From the IMG/VR virus record IMGVR_UViG_3300050019_000387: a stretch of 20,000 nucleotides of DNA, one strand, 5' to 3'. The notes under the pieces were generated by a model that was not told the origin of the DNA, did not search any database, and worked only from the letters and a program-made list of their open reading frames with translations. This document shows positions 16,439-20,000 of the stretch, piece by piece. The stretch comes from an uncultured virus (IMG/VR IMGVR_UViG_3300050019_000387) (lineage: Duplodnaviria; Heunggongvirae; Uroviricota; Caudoviricetes). Made by a program: the position numbers and the translations under genes. The stretch's first letter is position 1. Each line of letters begins with the position of its first letter.

Positions 16439-16618
16439 CTAGACGCCGGGGAGGTACACCGCGCGGCGCATCTGGCATGAGAGCCAGTCGCTGGCGCGCG
16501 GGGTCACTCCGCGCAGCAAGGCGCGCGGGGTAAACAGCTCACTCAGGTCCGGTTCGACGTTGCGCGCAGCGTCGGCGGCGACGTCGGTGTTGCTGGGGGC
16601 CGTATCCTTGGATATCAT
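16439..16618 (-). CDS. Small hypothetical protein (59 aa)
   Basis: GGAG RBS in an A/C-rich leader before ATG 16618 (MISKDTAPSNTD). Confidence 0.5.
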   Translation of the reverse strand: MISKDTAPSNTDVAADAARNVEPDLSELFTPRALLRGVTPRASDWLSCQMRRAVYLPGV

Positions 16619-16642
16619 TGTTGTCTCCGTAGTTAGTTTGTG

Positions 16643-16676
16643 AGAGGGGTGCCGTTGCTGCGGTGCCCCTCTTTTT
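16643..16676 (+). terminator. Intrinsic-terminator-like hairpin plus U tract on the + (antisense) strand
   Basis: agaggggtgccg-ttgctg-cggtgcccctct followed by tttt. The 12 bp stem is fully paired only on + (two G.U pairs). Confidence 0.55.
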
Positions 16677-17078
16677 GTTGTCTTGGTCATGCCAAGCACC
16701 CGCGTTGTGCGATCGCGCAAAGGGGTGCTTCTGTCGGCGGCACGTGTGGGCCGCGTCAAGGTCTCGTTCACGCGCGGGCGCGAAGCGCTGGCGTGATTTG
16801 ATGAGTCGGGTGAACGGCGCGGTGCGGCGCTCACCGTGGGCGGCTGACTGTGGCCGCGGTTGCGCTACACGCTGTGGGTGGCGCGCTCGGTGCTCACGGT
16901 GCGGGCGCGTTGCTGGATGGTGTTGCGGCGAAGCATTGCGGGCTCACCGGGGTTGACTTCGCATACGTGCGCAGGGTTGGCAGCTAGCGCGGAGGTCGTT
17001 GAGCTCGGCTTCAGCGTCGAGTTCTTGCTGGTCATCCTCGGGCGCGTCGGGGTCCATCGCGACGGCGGCGTGCCCAGG

Positions 17079-18308
17079 CTATTCGCAGGGGTTTGCGGCG
17101 AGCGGGCGGATGAATTGGACGGCGCGGTCGCGGGCGGGGTCACCGTGGTCGCCGACGCAGGCGACGATGGTTGGTTGCTGGTCGCCGTCGGCGGGGCTGG
17201 GGTACAGATACACGTCGGTCCTTTGCCCGTCGGCGTGCAGGGTGTAGCCAGCGATGCCGCGGTCGATGAACGGGACGTAGCGTGCACGGGATTGGTCGGC
17301 CGCGGTGACGGCGAGCGTCTCGCAGATCATGCGCTGGGCGGCGGGCTGCGGGCGGAGTGTCTCCTCGGGCGCGCTCGAGGTTGCCGTCACGGTCGCAAGC
17401 TTCGCGATCGCAGGCGATGTCTCTCCGGTTGCAGTGCCTGGCGTCGTGCTCAGCGCAGCGGGCGGGGCGTCAGGAATGGCGTGCAGCGCCAGCCGCTCGG
17501 GCGAGCCGCCATGGCACGAGCGCCGCGTACGAGGGCGCGCTGCGGGAGGGACGGTCTCCTGCTCCGGACTCGTGATATCCGCTGCCGGCATGGTCTGGAT
17601 GACCGGGTTGCGTGCGGGCCGGGGACGCAGGAGCGCGGCGATGTCGCGGGCGGGAATCTCGACCGTGCGATCGGCGTGTTCGCGCAGCTTGCCTGAGATC
17701 CCAAAGCGCTCGGGAGTGAGGATCGTGATCAGCACGCCCGCGTCGCGGGCTACCTCGATTGCCGGGGCGAAGTCGCTGTCACCGATGAGCAGCAGAGCGT
17801 GGCCGATCGCGCCCCGGTCGGCGAGCCGTACGAGATCGATCGCGAGCGTGATATCGACGCCCTTCTGGCGCAGCCTCGGGCCCAGTGGGCAGTGCTCTTC
17901 GAAGCGCTCGATCTTGACCCCGCACGCGTCGAGGCCACTACGGACGTCGTTCTGCCAGTCGGGTGTGATCTCGCTCAGGAAGCCGAGGCGGGTCTGCACG
18001 AGGTCGAGCTCGCCGATCGCATGCAGGAAGCGCAGTTGGGCCTCGGCGCGCGGGTGTCTGGCGTCAAACGCGCCGTCGTACCAACCGACGCGCTCGCACT
18101 CCCCGCATTCGGCGCTGCCGAGGGGGCCGTCGCGCAGCCAGTCGCGCACGCGCTCGACGTCGAGGCGCTGTTGCATCGGTCGGAGTCCGAGGGCTCGACA
18201 GGCGGCGCGCTGCAGGTAGTTGGCGTCGACGAAGGCCATCGTCGGCGGGTGGTGGTGGAGTCGGGGCCACGGCACGGGTGCCGTGCGCGCAGCCGAGGGA
18301 CTGGACAT
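17079..18308 (-). CDS. NYN domain (LabA/DUF88, PIN fold) putative ribonuclease with Pro/Ala/Thr linker and C-terminal unknown domain (409 aa)
   Basis: GAAAGGAG RBS before ATG 18308. Acidic motifs AFVDANY, WYDG, QKGVDITLAID, GDSDFAP and LREHAD. Confidence 0.88.
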   Translation of the reverse strand: MSSPSAARTAPVPWPRLHHHPPTMAFVDANYLQRAACRALGLRPMQQRLDVERVRDWLRDGPLGSAECGECERVGWYDGAFDARHPRAEAQLRFLHAIGELDLVQTRLGFLSEITPDWQNDVRSGLDACGVKIERFEEHCPLGPRLRQKGVDITLAIDLVRLADRGAIGHALLLIGDSDFAPAIEVARDAGVLITILTPERFGISGKLREHADRTVEIPARDIAALLRPRPARNPVIQTMPAADITSPEQETVPPAARPRTRRSCHGGSPERLALHAIPDAPPAALSTTPGTATGETSPAIAKLATVTATSSAPEETLRPQPAAQRMICETLAVTAADQSRARYVPFIDRGIAGYTLHADGQRTDVYLYPSPADGDQQPTIVACVGDHGDPARDRAVQFIRPLAANPCE

Positions 18309-18320
18309 GTGATGCTCCTT

Positions 18321-18633
18321 TCAGATTGAGAGGGCCGTGTGCCGCCGCGCTGCGGCGACCGGCCGTGGGTGGCTGGTGCTTCTTGGGCTGTACGGCGGCA
18401 CAGCTGCTGACAAGCGTTGCGCGCGCGATGGGACAACGAGCGCCTCGCGTTCCTCCTCCCTGAGCTTGCTCACCTGCTTGTGGGCGGTGATAAAGATCGT
18501 GAAGGCGATGGCGAAGAGCCGGGTTTCCCGCTCGCGGATCAGCGTCGGCAGAATGTCTCCAAAGACCGCCGCCTTGAACTCGTTCGGTATGCTCGGCGTA
18601 GTGGTGCATCACGACGGTCTCGTTGTCGATCAT
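18321..18633 (-). pseudogene. Frameshifted hypothetical gene (or assembly indel)
   Basis: AAGGAG RBS plus ATG 18633 (MIDNETVVMHHY). Near 18590-18605 the protein-like reading moves to another frame with no start (IPNEFKAAVFGDILPTLIRERETRLFAIAFTIF...EREALVV), ending at TGA 18321. Confidence 0.55.
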
Positions 18634-18722
18634 CGTGGGGCTCCTTGGGTCCTCGGTGCGGGTTCGCCCGCTGTGGTGAAGTGCTGGATTGTTCAGTTGC
18701 GCGCAGCGAGAGCATCGGGGGG

Positions 18723-19077
18723 TTAGCGTCCGGTGTCGGCGAGCGCGTACTCGACGAGCCGGTGAGCGAGGGCTTCGGCCTTGTCGAGATCCGCGGCCTG
18801 GCGGACGGTCGCGATGAGCCGGGCGGTGGTCGTGAGGTTCGTTTGACCAGGCGGCGTCCTCGGCGTAGACGGGCACCCGTTCGAGGTAGCCGTTGCCGTC
18901 GCACAGGTCAACGCTGCCTTCGATCCGCGCGCCGTAGAACTTTGAGCCGTCGAGGGCGCTGCGGCTCGGCTTGGTCCACACCCGAAGCGCGACGCTCTCC
19001 AGGTAGCCCGGCCCGAAGCGAAAGAGGCGCGTACGCGAGCGTGGCCGCCGCTGCTCGCCACGACTGTCGCCGCTCAC
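18723..19077 (-). pseudogene. Frameshifted hypothetical gene (or assembly indel)
   Basis: GTG 19077 frame reads LFRFGPGYLESVALRVW...LERVPVYAEDAAW. Near 18845 the coding-like reading moves to NLTTTARLIATVRQAADLDKAEALAHRLVEYAL, ending at TAA 18723. Confidence 0.55.
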
Positions 19078-19246
19078 GCGCCGCCGCGCAGCGACAGCGC
19101 GAGCATCGCGTGCTCCTCGCGCACCGCAGGCTGAGCCGCCGCGCCGCTGCGCAGCGGCTGCGGGCCAGTCGGCGTTTCACTGCTCTCACTCGCTGATTCA
19201 CCGTTCACACTCCTTTTCGTTTGCTGTGCTTGGTCCTTCTGTGAGG

Positions 19247-19510
19247 TCACTCGCTCAAGAGGCCGATAGCCGCGCCGGGGATGAGGTAAAGGCGTTCGTA
19301 GTCCCCGGGCGTGTCGCTGTAGGGAATCCCTCGCTCAAGTGCGGTGATGATCTCCTGCGCCTCGACGCTCTCTAGGCCGAGCGTCTCCTCGAGTTCATCG
19401 CTGTGCAGGTAACTGGCTCGTATCGCGCGCTCGGGCGCGACGGCGGGGTCCTCGTCGACCACCACGCGCAGCACCAGTGCTGCCAGGTCGCCGGATGGTG
19501 TTGCTCCCAT
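19247..19510 (-). CDS. Small acidic hypothetical protein (87 aa)
   Basis: GAAGGAGG RBS before ATG 19510. Confidence 0.8.
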   Translation of the reverse strand: MGATPSGDLAALVLRVVVDEDPAVAPERAIRASYLHSDELEETLGLESVEAQEIITALERGIPYSDTPGDYERLYLIPGAAIGLLSE

Positions 19511-19619
19511 CTGTGTCCTCCTTCTTGGATCTGTCGAGCTGCTCGGCTGGTTTCACTGAGCACCGCGCGTTCGCGCGGCGGTGGAAGCCGAAGTTGCGTG
19601 CTAGCTCCGTTCCTTGCGC

Positions 19620-20000
19620 TTACCACTCGAACTGCGGCAGCGCGTCGACTACCTCGGCGTCGGCGTCGAAGTTGATCCACTGGCAGTCGAGGGCGCGTGC
19701 GTAGCGCAAGCACGCCACGACTGACGGACAGCGCTCCTGGAGCGCGTCGAGCGTGATCTCGTCGTCGTCGGTCCCGGGCACGTTGACCCAGGCACCCCAC
19801 TCGTGGCGGATCGTGCGCGGCCCGGCCGAGCTGGTCGTCAGGGCAATGACTGCGTCGAGCTCACCGGGACTGGTGTGCGCGGTTGACAGATCGAGGTAGC
19901 GATAGACGGCGGCGCGGGTGACCCACGGTCCGTGGCGACGCTGTAGCGCACTGGCGAGCTTCGCGCCAGCCGTCCTGAGTGGGCGTGTGATGTTGTGCAC
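19620..20000 (-). CDS. DUF5983-like hypothetical protein (5' end may lie outside window)
   Basis: Pattern LDLSTAH...HEWGAWV.V...LRYARALDCQWINFDADA..VDALPQFEW. Family assignment is from recollection, not a search. Confidence 0.6.
   Translation of the reverse strand: MHNITRPLRTAGAKLASALQRRHGPWVTRAAVYRYLDLSTAHTSPGELDAVIALTTSSAGPRTIRHEWGAWVNVPGTDDDEITLDALQERCPSVVACLRYARALDCQWINFDADAEVVDALPQFEW

Larger units (their letters stand above)
1..20000 (-). mobile_element. Accessory/leading-region-like gene array of a probable conjugative plasmid or ICE (boundaries outside window)
   Basis: About 30 co-oriented small genes, mostly hypothetical, including ardC. No housekeeping genes. No transfer or integration genes are in the window, so the element type is inferred. 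Confidence 0.6.

Noticed and set aside
66..19704. Long plus-strand ORFs (66-1022, 6213-7169, 10428-12119, 12965-13810, 16860-17696 and others)
   Set aside because: These are antisense shadows of high-GC minus-strand genes, with no convincing RBS or motifs.
1..20000. CRISPR array or integron-like cassette repeats between genes
   Set aside because: The spacers share only RBS motifs and dissimilar hairpins; I found no conserved repeat unit by eye.

Overview
High-GC, actinobacterial-looking DNA (taxonomy inferred from composition and Shine-Dalgarno style). It is one 20 kb run of about 30 mostly short genes, all on the minus strand, most with their own (A/G)AAGGA(G) ribosome-binding site. Recognisable products are an ArdC-family antirestriction/ssDNA-binding metalloprotein (8823-9806), a NYN (LabA/DUF88) PIN-fold nuclease with a C-terminal extra domain (17079-18308), a GNAT acetyltransferase fused in frame to a second protein (2248-3177), a probable DUF5983-like protein at the right edge, Cys-rich zinc-binding proteins and a multidomain HTH/zinc-finger protein. 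No housekeeping, replication, relaxase, integrase or virion genes are visible. The best interpretation is the accessory or leading (early-transferred, anti-defence) region of a large conjugative plasmid or ICE. Notable structure includes internal paralogue families, in-frame gene fusions that keep an internal RBS, ssrA-like and clamp-motif-like C-termini, intergenic hairpins that pair better on the template (+) strand, and several apparently frameshifted genes. Starts were re-assigned from RBS positions, so many differ from the ORF track.
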